From Styela clava (lineage: Eukaryota), in assembly GCF_964204865.1 (NCBI RefSeq), contig NC_135258.1, forward strand, positions 17,024,916 through 17,088,915: a stretch of 64,000 nt of DNA. Reading direction: 5' to 3'. The notes beneath the pieces were generated by a model, which saw nothing but the letters and a program-made list of their open reading frames with translations, was not told where the DNA came from and searched no databases. Shown here in pieces: positions 1 to 12,998 of the stretch; position 1 is the stretch's first letter, and each line of letters opens with the position of its first letter. A program made the translations under genes and the position numbers.

Positions 1-327
1 TAGAATCTTTTTTTATGGTTTCGGTCTACCAAAATAATAGGATAATACACCACTTCTCTGAATAAAATTTTTTTTTTCTGAATTTTCAACTTTGAGTAAT
101 ATTTTTGAATTTTTTTCTGAATTCTTTCCTGTTTTTTTCATCTTGCGAAAATGGCTTTGTTATAATCTGTCCCTTGCACAGTACATGCAGACTCTCGATT
201 TGGTGTTGTTTATTCCCAATTGGCAGTGATTTTCTTTGGTGACAGCAACAGCTATATAAAACCGACCTACTAGCATATTGTGATCTTTGTCTCAATATAT
301 TTTACCTATTTACTTATTTTGCTTCAG

Positions 328-453
328 GATTTGATGGTGGAAAAGACCAAATTGTCTTCACTAGAAAAGGCAAAGCAGGATTCCGATAACAAACATAAAC
401 AAGAACAAGCGATGTCGCATGCTCGTCACTCGAATGAAATGAAACAAGTGCAG
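328..453 (+). CDS. coiled-coil protein exon (gene starts upstream of window); DLMVEKTKLSSLEKAKQDSDNKHKQEQAMSHARHSNEMKQVQ
   Basis: acceptor ...ttgcttcag| at 325-327, donor |gttagt at 454; in frame with ORF 280..489; heptad-rich K/E/Q/L composition. Confidence 0.6.
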
Positions 454-868
454 GTTAGTATGCCAAACTTATATGAAGAAAATATTTGAAATTAACAAGA
501 ACAAGATTGTCCTAATTTTTAATATGTAATTATATTGTGTAAAACAGGGTAAACTGAAAAACAGAAGCCAGGTCATTTGGAACATATTCTAGAGAGCACA
601 CAACTCCTGTGCAAAGCATCCTAGATTAATGAAACTTTTGGGTACAATCATAAACAAACAGAGGAGTTCAAGTGCTAGATAATTTATTTTTATTTTTGTG
701 TAAGTAATTATAAAATTCATGGCCATGGATCTCCTTACAGGACTGAATTTGTTATTAAGCTTCAGAATTTTCTTTGTTATTGTTATTAGTTGTTAACTAA
801 TAAAATACTGTTAATGAAATATATGTGATTTAACTCTTCAATTCTTAATTTAAAAATATTTTTAACAG

Positions 869-975
869 GACAAGATTGCATTGGCTGGTGATTATGATGA
901 GATGAGAGGTGTTGCTGAAAAATTGAAAGCAGAGAAAAATATTTTGATGACTGAAATTCAGAAACATGCATCAGT
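869..975 (+). CDS. coiled-coil protein exon; DKIALAGDYDEMRGVAEKLKAEKNILMTEIQKHAS(V)
   Basis: acceptor tttaacag|, donor |gtacgt; ends phase 2, completed by next exon. Confidence 0.55.
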
Positions 976-1196
976 GTACGTATTCTATTTTGTGTTTTGG
1001 TTAAACTATAACACTTGGAAGATTAGCCTTCATCATACTCTGTCAAAATTATTTTGCTAAAGTGCTTACTTTACAAATTTTTATTTACACTATTAATATT
1101 TTATTTTTAAGTATACTAATTTTAGTCTCAACTTTTTGTCATATGCAAAAAATATTTATGAATTTCACTAATGAATAAATTTTTGTCATGTACCAC

Positions 1197-1320
1197 TTAT
1201 ACGTCTTTTGCTATGAACATGGCTATGCACAAGCGGCCGCTGATATTTCGGAAGGCCTACTCAATTTAGTACACTCTTGTTGAGGTGGTGGGCATGGGAT
1301 GTGAACCTCCGATGCTATTC
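1197..1320 (-). mobile_element. tRNA-derived SINE family 1, truncated copy (intronic)
   Basis: shares catggc.atgtgcaagc and ttgaggtggtggg.atgggat.tgaac.c with the copy at 2030-2240; reverse complement has a tRNA T-arm-like GGTTCACATCCCATGCCCACCACC. Confidence 0.45.
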
Positions 1321-1436
1321 CATTTGAACTGTTTTAGTCTTCTCATTATGGTAGATTCTAAAAAAATAACTGCTCTACTCTGTTCACCTAATCATTTTCT
1401 AAGCTTTGTTTCTAACTTAATCCTTTTTATCCGTAG

Positions 1437-1563
1437 TGTTTCTGAGAATGGAAGACTTGCTGGTGATTTGAAGCAAGTTAAACATAAACTCCAAGAAACT
1501 CAACATAGATGTGCTGAGCTGGAATCGAAATTGAAAGAATACAGTTCCATACAGCAGCAACAG
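1437..1563 (+). CDS. coiled-coil protein exon; (V)SENGRLAGDLKQVKHKLQETQHRCAELESKLKEYSSIQQQQ
   Basis: acceptor ccgtag|, donor |gtaata; in frame with ORF 1285..1584. Confidence 0.6.
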
Positions 1564-1565
1564 GT

Positions 1566-1583
1566 AATATATATATATATATA
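1566..1583. repeat. (TA)n microsatellite
   Basis: atatatatatatatata immediately after the exon C donor. Confidence 0.7.
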
Positions 1584-2029
1584 GATTCTGTATTGAGAGA
1601 TGGAGGAAATGAGAGTTTATATTTGGAGCATGTATGAGCCTGTGATCAGCAGAGTGTGATTGTAAACAGTCCATGCTTGAGATCAATTTTTTCTGGTAGA
1701 TGCGTTTTGATGAATGTGTTATAAGTCGTTAGGTTAGTTTTGCATGGAAGGTGATGTAGTATATCCTTCCAATTGTAATGATAGTTTTTTTTATAAATTC
1801 ACTAAATTTTGAAAAAAAAAAATTGTAATGGTAGATAGATACAGGTGGCTGATCTTTAGTTACTTTTCTTTAATCTTATATTTGTGTCTATGAAGTGTCT
1901 GGTGATTCATAGTAGTTTAAAGTTAATAGTATTGTAAAGCATTTTAGTTTTAATAAAAAATATTTTTGGTGATATCAATAAATAAGTTTCTTTTTTTGGG
2001 GTCTGTTTCTCACAATTTTTTTATACGAT

Positions 2030-2240
2030 GCTCTTTCCGTAGCTATCGCTCTGAACCAGGCCATGTGCAAGCATCCCTCTATATCTAACGATATGTATAG
2101 AGCTATTATTTTGGTAAGGACCATAGTCTTCCTGGTCTGGCATTTCCTACCCAATTTATTACATACCGGGTGAGGTGGTGGGTATGGGATTTGAACTCGA
2201 GGTGTTACCTGCGATGCAACAGTTAGTTAAGTCTACCGCT
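2030..2240 (-). mobile_element. tRNA-derived SINE family 1, fuller copy (intronic)
   Basis: reverse complement reads GCAGGTAACACCTCGAGTTCAAATCCCATACCCACCACCTCACC (tRNA-like T-stem/loop GAGTTCAAATCC). Confidence 0.5.
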
Positions 2241-2391
2241 TTATTCGGATATGGAATTTAAACTCCAATTATCCAATTACTCAGCACAGAGTAGAATAAT
2301 ATCACTATAAATTACTTGCATGCTTGTACAACTATAATTATCAAAAATCTGCTCTTGGGTGATTTCTCGATTTTCCTAATGGTGCCACTAG

Positions 2392-2520
2392 GTTGAGAAT
2401 GAAAAAAATTATCGCCACCAAGTGAACGACCAAGTCATAGCACTGCAGCAATTGAAACAAAGTTATACCACTCTTGATGGCGAGTATCAAAAAGTCAAAG
2501 CTGATTTACAGACGACTCAG
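2392..2520 (+). CDS. coiled-coil protein exon; VENEKNYRHQVNDQVIALQQLKQSYTTLDGEYQKVKADLQTTQ
   Basis: acceptor cactag|, donor |gtagga; phase 0/0. Confidence 0.5.
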
Positions 2521-4229
2521 GTAGGATGGATCTGTGGATGATATATTCTAATTTATGTATTTTTGGTAAATGATTTTATTTCGATCTTTTCTATGCATGC
2601 TATTTTTGGTGCGGTGTGGTAATCAACTTTGAATAGATTCAGGTATTTTGTTGAGTATATATGCTTATTTTAGATCATGGATGGCTATATTATGTTCATA
2701 TCGTCAGCTGTGCATGTATAGCGGATATTTTCAGGACTCCATTTATTTTACAGCCCCACGGTTGCCAGAATATTTAGCAAGTAGTTATAATATTGATGCA
2801 TGCTACCAAATCGCTGTCTGTGTATACAAACAGTTTTGCCTCTAACAAGGCACCGAGCAAACTCATTGATATGCAAACAGCATATAGCCAAGGTGTACAT
2901 TTGGTTATATTGTCGATACTAATGTTGGGTTTGAAGAATCAAGTTAGGACTAAAACTGTATTTCCCAACTTATAAGTCTACCCAGCAAATAAGACGAAAC
3001 CTATTTTTAGCACTAAAAAGAGGGTTTTTCCATATGACCCTCCGATAGGACGGGCAGAAAAATTGCTTCTCTGTCAGTTGGGCACCAATATGCACTCATG
3101 ATTTTATATGGTTAGAACCAGGTCATGTTTGTATCAGGTAGAATCATACTGCAGAATTACCTATTCTTAAGAAGTAATTTTAATCATTTTGAACAACCCA
3201 TTAACTGGAACGTTGAAATAATCTGTGAATATGGTGTGATAAGTACTGCGCTGTAGTCCATGGGTTAGTTAACAGCTGTGTTTTCCAGTGTGGTTTTTCC
3301 CTGAATCGCAAAACTGATAAAGAATAAGACAAATAACAGCTGGCAGTCCAAAGTCAATTATTTAACATGATTGGCAGGAGTGAATACAATACACTATAAA
3401 ATATATCAATTCAGAAATAAAGTTTACACAAACCGTGTTCGAGAAGACTCGAGCGGAAAATAAGCCGACCCCTAAAAAAATAAAGTAAGAAATAAGAATA
3501 GTCGCCCAATAAGACACCCCCCCTAAATCAGGCCAAAAAATTGGGTCCAGAAAAGCGACTTAATAGCTAGGAAATACGGTATATTTTCTGTCAAGGATGA
3601 ATTTAAATATTTAATAAAATGCTGAATACGAATAGAATATGATGAACTCTATATTGAATTTATAATATTTGATGCTCTCCAGTTTCTGATAATTAATTTT
3701 TGAAATATCAACTTGTTGCTCTTATTTCACAAAAACCTAAATTGTAATATATGCTTGTTTTTGTAGTTTCTGTTATCTCATTATTAGTATCGGTTTCGTA
3801 GATATTTGTGGTATATGTAAATTCAATCTGTGCGAGTACTGATATTTTTGTAAAAATTTAATTTTGTAGCTGAGAAATTCTACTATTGGGATTATTTTGT
3901 CTATGTTCATTAAATCAAACTTCTTGTAAATTGTAATTGAAACTGTTTGTCAGAGAATATTTTTTGAATAGCATACTATAAGAAACTATAAGAAATTTCT
4001 GCATATTAGTATGTAAAATTAGTATGTACACGCTTTTAGTGTTATGACTTCTTGACTTCAAATTTATATGGAACCCCAAAAATGTTTCTAGTTTATTATT
4101 GATGCATAAATATTAAATTTAATTCTCAACAACGATTAGTTAGAATTTTTGTGATCTAATTAGGCAAATTTCTTTTTTTTTTACAATCTTTTCTAGTAAA
4201 ATACTGAAATTTGGATATTTTTATTGCAG

Positions 4230-4367
4230 AGTAATTCAACTAAACTTTTGGAGCAAATCACATCGCTAACTGAAGACAATGATTCGAAAGCTGATACACA
4301 GCGGGCACTCGAACAACGACTCGCTGATAGTGAACAGATAGTTGCTGAAAGAGACTCTAAGATAAAG
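4230..4367 (+). CDS. coiled-coil protein exon; SNSTKLLEQITSLTEDNDSKADTQRALEQRLADSEQIVAERDSKIK
   Basis: acceptor ttattgcag|, donor |gtagat; phase 0/0. Confidence 0.55.
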
Positions 4368-4823
4368 GTAGATATAGAGTATTAACTTTATTGCAAACAA
4401 AGTGTATATATGGATCATTTCGCCAAATTGCTGTTGTTATTGGAAAAAAATCGCTCTTCTCTGCAGCTAATGGACTGCACAATTTTAATATTAGAAGATT
4501 TTTGAAGACACTAGAAAACTGTTACTTCAAATTTGCTTTGTGCGATTGGACCTGATATTCCATCCAGAATTTTGCAGTTCCAGTTTAATTTATGAGAACA
4601 TTTTTATGTGGTATATGGGAACACTTTCATATCACATTTGACCTTTTTGTCTCAAGATTTGAGAATTGCTCTTGGGCTTAAATTTTGATCAGTTGAGGGC
4701 TGAGATATGCATCCATCTGGGCGAAACAATCTGACTGAGTTTTATTATAATGTATATTTTTCTTGTTAATCATTTACTATTTATCTAAACTGAATATTGA
4801 TAAATGAAATATTATGATTTCAG

Positions 4824-4919
4824 GATGTGACAAGACAAAACTCTACTCTTTCAGAACAGGTGCAAAATATGGAACAACAGATTGCTCAATTAAATTCTCA
4901 AATTGTCAATATTTCCCAG
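4824..4919 (+). CDS. coiled-coil protein exon; DVTRQNSTLSEQVQNMEQQIAQLNSQIVNISQ
   Basis: acceptor gatttcag|, donor |gtgaaa. Confidence 0.55.
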
Positions 4920-5577
4920 GTGAAATTTGTTTATTCATTTGCTTATTGACAGATATTTAAATTTTATTTGGATTACAGAATTCCGAATAAACAGTAATCA
5001 TAAATTTCTTGATTACTTCTCGAAGAGAATGAAAAAAGGTATTTAACACTTCTGCCTGTATGCAATGATAGTAACCAAAAATCTCAGTTATATAGGACGC
5101 TTTGAAAAAAAGTTATGTTCCCAATAACCTGGATTCTCTTTTTTGGATCATCCCTCATATTATATGGCTAGATGGTTGGTGCATCCTGCTAAGCATTAGG
5201 AACACCATTGTCATGGCAAAGAGGGATTCATCCTCACCAACCAGTGGTGAGTTATGTCTTCCTCTACCATCAAGTCCAACTATCGGAAATATTTGATGTA
5301 CTATTTCTGAACCAGACATAAAGGGGTAATCCAACAAAATACTGTGTTTTCTATGACCAAACAGTTTTATGTCATTTCCTCGCGCTCAAGATAAGTATGA
5401 AAATCCAATCCTATCTGAGACTTTTTTTCCAAATATATTTTATTGGAAGTTTTTTTTTTTTATGAATCGTTGCTTAAACTATATAAAGATTACAATTTCA
5501 GATATGCCATGAAACCTTTTATAAGAAAATTTGTTACGTAAGCAGATATTAACCATTTAATACTTTTGTTTATTCAG

Positions 5578-5612
5578 GAGACCAAAGTCAAAGCTGAGGC
5601 AGACAAGCAGAC
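5578..5612 (+). CDS. coiled-coil protein small exon; ETKVKAEADKQ(T)
   Basis: acceptor tttattcag|, donor |gtgagt; phase 2 end complemented by next exon. Confidence 0.45.
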
Positions 5613-6090
5613 GTGAGTTCGTTTATTTTGTTTTGTGTAAAAGTATTCGATTAAATGATTACCTGCTGGTATTTTACTATGTGTTTGTACTTCGTGTTTG
5701 AACTAACGACCGCTGGCGTCAAAATTATGACAATATTAAGTAATTAATGTTAGCTTTTGGCATAACTGAGTGTCAATGTGTTGAAATATTTTACATATTG
5801 ATTACTTTTAAAATTTATTAGACTTCTGAGTTCTGCACACTAACACAAACGCATTCTGACCAAAGTCAGATTTCCTCAGATAAAAAGTTTGATGTAAACT
5901 TTACAGAAATACAGTTGTGTTAGCCTGCGGCAAGACTCTTGAATTACATAGTATAGTCATGTTTATTCCTGCTACATTGCATTATATCCATAGGTATTCA
6001 CTAGCACAAAGGCATAGAGGGATATGGAGTTAGTCTCATGTAACCCCAACCACCGATGAATTCTATAAAAATAGATTAATAAATTTAACA

Positions 6091-6200
6091 GAGTACAAGA
6101 CAAAGAAGAAGTGACCAAAGTACAAAAAGAACTGGAAAAATCTAAAAATGAAGCCAAAAAATTGAAAGATGAAGTTGATAAATTAACGAAGAAAAATAAT
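6091..6200 (+). CDS. coiled-coil protein exon; (T)VQDKEEVTKVQKELEKSKNEAKKLKDEVDKLTKKNN
   Basis: acceptor tttaacag|, donor |gtgaga. Confidence 0.55.
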
Positions 6201-6397
6201 GTGAGAAACACTTATATGTGCTGTGTTTTGATCTTATGTATTTCTCTTCCTAATAATTAGGCATGTATACCCCTTCTCCTATAAATAGTGCGACTAAATT
6301 TGTACACACTTGCCTACTATTGTTATGACTAGAAATTCCAATGCCTTGTGTTTTGTGGATATTGTTATATGCTAGAAATACTTTTGTCTTTTGTCAG

Positions 6398-6481
6398 GAT
6401 TTGCGTGAAAGAAATTGGAAAGCAATGGATTTGGCGACATCATTAGAAAAAACATCAGTAGAAAAAGTAGCTGCTACTAAG
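6398..6481 (+). CDS. coiled-coil protein exon; DLRERNWKAMDLATSLEKTSVEKVAATK
   Basis: acceptor tttgtcag|, donor |gtttgt. Confidence 0.55.
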
Positions 6482-7294
6482 GTTTGTATTTAGTTCAATT
6501 AAGTATTTTTCGAATGAAAATTGTAAAAAGAAAGTCTGTAGAAAACTGGATTATGCATTGTGTGAATAGAACCACTTATGCTTGATGTTATAAAATTTAA
6601 TAAATTTTAAACTGTTATTTTTAAAACTGTTTACTGTGTTTGTGATCAACTGACTTCTTTTTACCAGACTTTAATTCTGAACAAGGTTTTGTATAAGCAT
6701 CCACTGATATGTAAAATTTCACTGCGGCTGGGCACTTCGAATCGAATATTAAATTCATTCGAATCATTTCGAATGAAAATTTCGAATCGCTACCTATTTG
6801 ATTGCTATAGGTTGGGGTAAATTTCCCAATTTTTTTAAATGAATCCATATTTTTGCAAGTCATCTTGTCATATGACTCTTCCAATTCTAGTTATTGATAA
6901 AACATGTTTCCTATTGTGTGATAAACACATCGAACTGTCTTTGTGATGAATTCCATTTTTTAGTGAGGTATGTGTCAGGTGTACCCATTACAATAAAAAA
7001 ATCACATACGATTGAATTTCTTCCGAGTATTCGAGATTCGGAAAAAATTTGCAATTCGATTCTGAAATCTTCAGGTATTCGAAAATGCCAAGCCTTAAAA
7101 ATAGTGCTTGGTATCCTATTTTGGCATTGTGATTGTGAGTTCACAAAACTTTGCAACAGTATGGTATAACTCTTAAATTCTTGGTAAACTGGATTTGATT
7201 TCTACGATCTTAAAATTTAAGTAAGAATATTGCTAGTCTCAAATTTTATGGCAACAGTTTAATTTGAAAATCGTTGTTTTTCTCGCCATTTCAG

Positions 7295-7384
7295 GCGGAA
7301 GGTGATGAAGTTCGTGCTCATTTACAGGAATCTGTAAAGCAATCATTATCAGATGCTTTTCCTAATATTTCAATAAGGGAAAAG
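7295..7384 (+). CDS. coiled-coil protein exon; AEGDEVRAHLQESVKQSLSDAFPNISIREK
   Basis: acceptor ccatttcag|, donor |gtaatt. Confidence 0.55.
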
Positions 7385-7730
7385 GTAATTTTAAAACAGA
7401 ATTTATGAATTATGTTTGATTTCCCATTTTCAGTGGTTAACTTAAACTTTATATAGCTTTATATTGTTTCCTATTTCAAAATTAAATTTGTTTTTTTGCT
7501 CATCAACCAAACTTATATTGGTAAACACGGTCGCTCTCATTAGGTTTTATTGAATGTATTAATTTATCTTCTTGTGTGCATTTCCTATTAATGTGTTCTC
7601 ATGTGTTGCGAAATTTTGAAAAAAGTGTAAGAATATTAACTAAATTGCATTTTTGTGTTTTAATATATCTATCCTTTATGTGTTTTTTTTATATGTGTTC
7701 TCTCTGACCTTTATATTCCAATATTTAGGA

Positions 7731-7847
7731 TTTTGAAGTGTGGATAAAATCATTTGTCAATCAAGCATCTGAAAGTTCACAACAAATAGTGCAATCAAAC
7801 GACTCTCAAGTAGAATTTGAAGAAGCAAAAGTTCAAGCTGATAAGGT
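7731..7847 (+). CDS. coiled-coil protein exon; DFEVWIKSFVNQASESSQQIVQSNDSQVEFEEAKVQADK
   Basis: acceptor atatttag|, donor |gtttgt. Confidence 0.55.
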
Positions 7848-8612
7848 TTGTATGTGATGGGTTTTCTGTGGTTATTAATTAGTAAGATATAGACAGTGGT
7901 CGAATTTGTATTAGAGTTGGTGCATGTTTTAATAGCAGTTGTTTTTGTAAAAGTCCAGTGATAAATGTTATAACTTTAGTTGTACAGTGATATTTATTCA
8001 TTTGAAAAGAGTGTACAAATGGAAATTGTACGTTATATTTGTTGTATATTTATCGTTTTGGAGAATTTGAGGGTTTTATTGAGGCAAAAGATCAAATATT
8101 GAAATTTAAAACAAAATGTTAACTTAAAATTTGACAAAGATATAGATGCTGGTTTTTAGGCTGTTTTTTACTTTAAGTTCCATTTAATATCCTTCAAAAT
8201 ATTTTGGTAATATGTTTAAGAAGTTTAAAAATATAAAATAATACATTTATACAAGTTGGAGCTATCGAATTGTTGTTAAAACAAAAAATTGCCTTTTTTA
8301 TAAGTTACTGGGCCGATTGCTCAAATTTTAAGAAGTTCCAATGAGAGATTATGTGAGAAGACTGATTCTAAGTTTATTTTCAATTAATTACAGGATGTTA
8401 CCCCACAATTTTGGGAACATTCACCACAATTTAGGTTTTTTACATTTAATTTCAGTAAGCTTGTACTCAAATAATATATGCTTGTGCAAAGGAAAGAACT
8501 TCGCTTCTATGTACATATACCTATGCGATGCTCCGTTTTATTTAGAGATAGTTTGGTTTTTTAGTTTTCAAATTGTAGGATGTGGATGGTAGATTCATTT
8601 TTCCATTTTCAG

Positions 8613-8804
8613 CTTCGATCGCAATTAGAAAAGAAATCGGGTGAAGCTTCCAAACTTCAGTCGAAGATTTCCGATCTGGAAAGTTCAGTGAAAAGCGTCA
8701 AGGACCAAAATAAATCTCTTGAACGAGATTCAAAAGAGAAACAAAATGATTTATCAAACGCAATATCCGAATGTGAAAAATATAAAAAAATTCTCAATTC
8801 CACT
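8613..8804 (+). CDS. coiled-coil protein exon; LRSQLEKKSGEASKLQSKISDLESSVKSVKDQNKSLERDSKEKQNDLSNAISECEKYKKILNST
   Basis: acceptor ccattttcag|, donor |gtaagt; exact by ORF 8580..8831. Confidence 0.65.
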
Positions 8805-8919
8805 GTAAGTATTATATTAGTCATTGCATGATAACGAATAGTATAGTTCCTAATCTAAATTAGTATAGCAAGTCTTCTGATATGCTTTACAACTCTTATT
8901 ATCTGAGTTCAATGGCCTA

Positions 8920-9260
8920 TCTAGTTCAGGGGTGTGCAACTTCTAATACAGGAGTGCCAGATACAAAAACCGCGGGCTTCACCTTTGCTTAACATCAGTC
9001 TTTCTAAGTAATTGCAGGCACAAAAATGTTGGGTATTGAATTTGAATTATGACATGCGTTGTTCGCTTCCCACAAGCTAGCCATTATTAAGCATTGTACT
9101 GTCATAGGCATAGATAATATAGGCTTTGCAACTTAGGATTGGAATTACTTGCACATGCCAGATTAAAATAAATTTAAAACTCGTTTCGTAAGTCGCACAC
9201 CATTCCGAATTGGCTGTGGGCTGCCTAATTTTTTCCTGAGCCGCATTTGGCTTGCAGGTT
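8920..9260. repeat. foldback/inverted-repeat element in coiled-coil gene intron
   Basis: GC-richer block with ends ggggtgtgcaacttctaatacagg... and ...gcaggttgcatactactgg showing partial inverted complementarity; related in style to the 9960-10280 block. Confidence 0.25.
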
Positions 9261-9695
9261 GCATACTACTGGTCTAGTCGTTATCCTGTTATAATCGAAG
9301 ATTTTGGATTCAGATTCATTGACTGATCACAAATCCAGCAAATAGCCTAATGCCAAACTAGAGAATATTGTTGTTTTTCTAAAAAACAGGGCAATCGTAT
9401 ACTCGTCATTTTGCTGCATGTTATTGTATTCGGAGTAGCCCTTTTTTTTGTAGAAGACGTACAGTAGGCAAGTCATGGTGGCAAGTGGTCTTTTTTACTA
9501 TAACAGTAATTATGAATATTTCAATTACTCATTTGATGCTATGCAATTATGGATTTTGTTCAAAGACTCTATTTCCTTGGACATCGCTGAGATATATAAT
9601 AATATGCTATGTTATAACATCTTTGTTTTGCTTGATTATTTGTGGACTATTTTGATTATTATTTTTAAATCTCCTAACTGAAAATTAAACTACAG

Positions 9696-9827
9696 GAGGA
9701 AATATTATGCAAACTCCAAGGTTCAGTTGAAGTGGAGGAAGGAGTTTGGAAGAAGAAAGTAGATGAAGCGCATCAAGAAGCATCAAAAGCTCATCAGGAA
9801 TCTGAAGAATTAAGGAAAAAAATAGAG
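9696..9827 (+). CDS. coiled-coil protein exon; EEILCKLQGSVEVEEGVWKKKVDEAHQEASKAHQESEELRKKIE
   Basis: acceptor aaactacag|, donor |gtggga. Confidence 0.55.
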
Positions 9828-9959
9828 GTGGGATAATAGACGCCTTAAATAGAATAATTTTAATGAGTGATGAAATTGTAAGACCGATTTTCTTTTGCAT
9901 TAAACTTAAGAACAGATTTCGATCATTTCAGAAAATTATGCTGAACTTATTGCTCTATT

Positions 9960-10280
9960 ACAGGGGTGGGCAAGGTTTTTGGACCAGGGGCCAAAATTTT
10001 TGCCCACCTACACTAGTGGGCCATGTGAGTGGGATGTGGAAGGTTACATTTTATGAAAAATGTTTACAATGTTACAATAGCAAAAATTGAAAACAATAAG
10101 CCTCGTGCCAAAACTGATAATAATCGCAATCTCAACAAATTCCTTGAGCTATTTTTTTAGCTGAAAAACATCAAGATTTGGTTTTAATTTGGTTGTGGTA
10201 GCATGAGGCGAGCCAGATTGAATTACACAACATGCCAAATTTGGCCTGCGGGCCATAGTTTTCCCATGTCACCTCTATAA
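9960..10280. repeat. foldback/inverted-repeat element in coiled-coil gene intron
   Basis: halves ggtgggcaaggtttttggaccaggggccaaaatttttgccc and catgccaaatttggcctgcgggccatagttttcccatgtcacc are inverted near-complements (ggcc...ggccaaa...gcc). Confidence 0.3.
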
Positions 10281-10618
10281 CGATGTAAGAATGTAACATA
10301 AGATTACATGATAAGAACAACTCAAACGTCATATTTACTAATATATGCCACTATGTATGCTCCATTAGTATGTCATTCTTTACATAAATAATAATACATA
10401 ATTATAGAAACGCCAAATATCACGCTAGCCATCATTAGCGCTCTGCAGTGCATGTTACCCATTTGCTGTGGTCGTCCAGTGTCAAAAACAAAGAACAGGA
10501 ACGGGCGGGTTGGGATTTGGTAATTATCATGTCATTCCAAGAAGGTGTTATTAAAGCTGTTTGTTGTAGGTCTAATTTTATTTTTTATAATGCCATTTTT
10601 CATCTCTTTTTTTTTCAG

Positions 10619-10693
10619 GAACTTGGTATTGAGAAATCATCTTTAAGTAAGAATTTGAAAGAAGCTCAAAAATCACAAAAGCTTGTTGATGAG
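10619..10693 (+). CDS. coiled-coil protein exon; ELGIEKSSLSKNLKEAQKSQKLVDE
   Basis: acceptor tttttttttcag|, donor |gtgtgt; exact by ORF 10448..10819. Confidence 0.6.
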
Positions 10694-11023
10694 GTGTGTG
10701 ATAATAATTTTTTCATTTTCTTACTAGTCGCTCCCGCATTTTATAATTTTTTACACTTAGATATGAAACATTCAACTTATTTCTTGTGTCCTAAAGGTTC
10801 TGCTGATTCACAATATTAATATTTACAATTTAAAATAATGATATGAATATGGAATTGTGAATTTTCATTGATTTCTTTTAATTTACAATTTTAAAATCTA
10901 ACAATCTAAATTAACCCACATGGGTTTTTATTGGTTTCTCACTATTGCCTTGAGCTACATCTTTTATTGTGAAGGTATGTCATTTATAAGTTCCCTTATA
11001 TATAATATGTATTCTCTAACCAG

Positions 11024-11104
11024 ATGACAAGCCAAATTACTGAACTAAAAGAACAACTGGCTTCAAAGGAGGCAGTTACGAATAATGGAACTTCTGCTGA
11101 GGAT
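11024..11104 (+). CDS. coiled-coil protein exon; MTSQITELKEQLASKEAVTNNGTSAED
   Basis: acceptor tctaaccag|, donor |gtaagt. Confidence 0.5.
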
Positions 11105-11850
11105 GTAAGTGGCTAATTTTTAATTTAAACTATTCGTATTGTTATTTATTCAATTCTAATTCAATACCAATCTAAACTTTGGCACAAATGATTTTTGCTT
11201 GTAGTAGAATTATGCTTTAGCTAGTTGCGATTTACGAGAATGTTTGTACAAGTATCTGTTTGTTGTTATCTTATTCGTTTTCTATTCCATTGCATTTTGT
11301 CATTTCCGCATATCAAATATGCATGCAATCGGCGTGAACTGCTGCTTGCCCTTTTGCTGCCTTCGCTAATTTGTAACTGTTTTCGGAAAAATGCTACCAG
11401 AAAATGACTCTGTAGCTAAAACTGATCAACTTCCTAAATATCTGGGTGTCTATCCTATCCTGAAAACTTAAAATCTAACATTACGAGGGCTTCAACCTAG
11501 GACGAAACTTGAAATGGAATGTTTTAATATATATTTTTTTTCTAACTTTTTGCTGAAACACTTTGAACCCCAGCTTAAAAAGCATCTATTTATTTGTAAT
11601 TATTTTCAAGTAAAATATTTTTTGAAATTTCATTTTTCACCCTTTTGTGTGGAAATTTGAAACCCTCGATTAATCACAAGATTTTTCTGGTGACATTTTT
11701 CTCTGCTTTTGCTTGTTGCGTCATTCACATTTCAATCACTTTTCATCTCATTTTTTCTGTTTGTTCTTTCAATTATTTCTTCCATATTCATCAATCATTT
11801 TCATATTTCATCTGTTCCTGTTCACCCGCTCTAATAAAATCCCAAATCAG

Positions 11851-12072
11851 GGTAACGATGTTGAAGTAGAAAGCGTACTTTCACCCTTGCCACAAGTGGA
11901 TAAGCATCAGCAATGTGAAGGCACTCCGACAAAATCAGTATCGTGTCAATCTGAATCACCAGTTCAGGTTGAACTTGCTGATGCATGTACTGATACAGAA
12001 GCACCGGTGTTAGAACAACATCAAGACTTGGATGGATTTTTAGTCATTGAACGAGTTGACATGAACGACGAG
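11851..12072 (+). CDS. coiled-coil protein exon, non-coiled acidic/S-T-rich linker; GNDVEVESVLSPLPQ...FLVIERVDMNDE
   Basis: acceptor cccaaatcag|, donor |gtataa; exact by ORF 11713..12078. Confidence 0.6.
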
Positions 12073-12935
12073 GTATAAACCCACTTGAGGATTTGTGGTT
12101 GGACTGCTGTGCCTGATTTTGGTTTTCTTTCGTTTCTTTGTTGACTTTTATGTTTTTCTGTTTTCTCTCCTATTTTGTGCTTTTCTTTTTTTGCATGTTT
12201 TTGAAAGTAATTATTCAAAAATATTTGATGCATGCTCGAATGTTGTATTCATACATCACACATGCATCATTTGGTGTTCTCAACTAATCTGATAGTATTT
12301 ACCACCATCCAATTCTGGCTTTTATTTCGCAATTCTATTTTGTAGTAATATTTCTATATTCACAATCCTACACATTTTGAAAACTCATTGTGAATTATGA
12401 TTCGCACATTCAAATAAGCCCTACATGTTAGTGCAGCGTATCTCAAACTGTGTTCCGTGGAACACTGCTGTTCCGCGACCTTCTTTGGAGTGTTCTGAAA
12501 TTGTGCGACTAAATTGGTCGCCATGGAGATCTCAACCGTACTTCAGTGTTTTGGGGTCGTAAATTTGTCTTCCAACTGGTGACAAACAAGTTGATGCACA
12601 ATGTGAATCCATTACACAATTTTTATTATTTATTTCTCTGTTTTTCGCAAGGCGAGATAAAAAGCGTAGCTGTTCTGGGGCAAAAAAAGTTTGAGAAACG
12701 CTATCTCAATGTATCTATCCAAACGCTCTCTATACTATCAATTCAAACCCATCCAGGTGTTTTGTTTTTAGGTGATATATTTAGTCATTTTCAGCCGCAT
12801 ACTCTATTACACTAAAAATTTGCCTCGTTCTGCTTTCTTTTGGCAATTTTGAGTCAAGCGCATGTTGTCTTATCAGTTTGCTGCTTAGCACAAATGATTC
12901 ACTTTTGTCACAATCTGCATGTTTTTTTGCTTCAG

Positions 12936-12998
12936 CTGAACCAGTCCACGGCTCTCGCTAATGGCTATGAAGATGAAGTGGCTAAATTAAAGGCAAGG
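12936..12998 (+). CDS. coiled-coil protein exon; LNQSTALANGYEDEVAKLKAR
   Basis: acceptor tttgcttcag|, donor |gtgcat; by ORF 12840..13064. Confidence 0.55.

Noticed and set aside
12421-12545. GC-richer block (tagtgcagcgtatctcaaactgtgttccgtggaacactg...) in intron
   Set aside because: It looks repeat-like, but no second copy or terminal structure is visible in the window. I cannot classify it.
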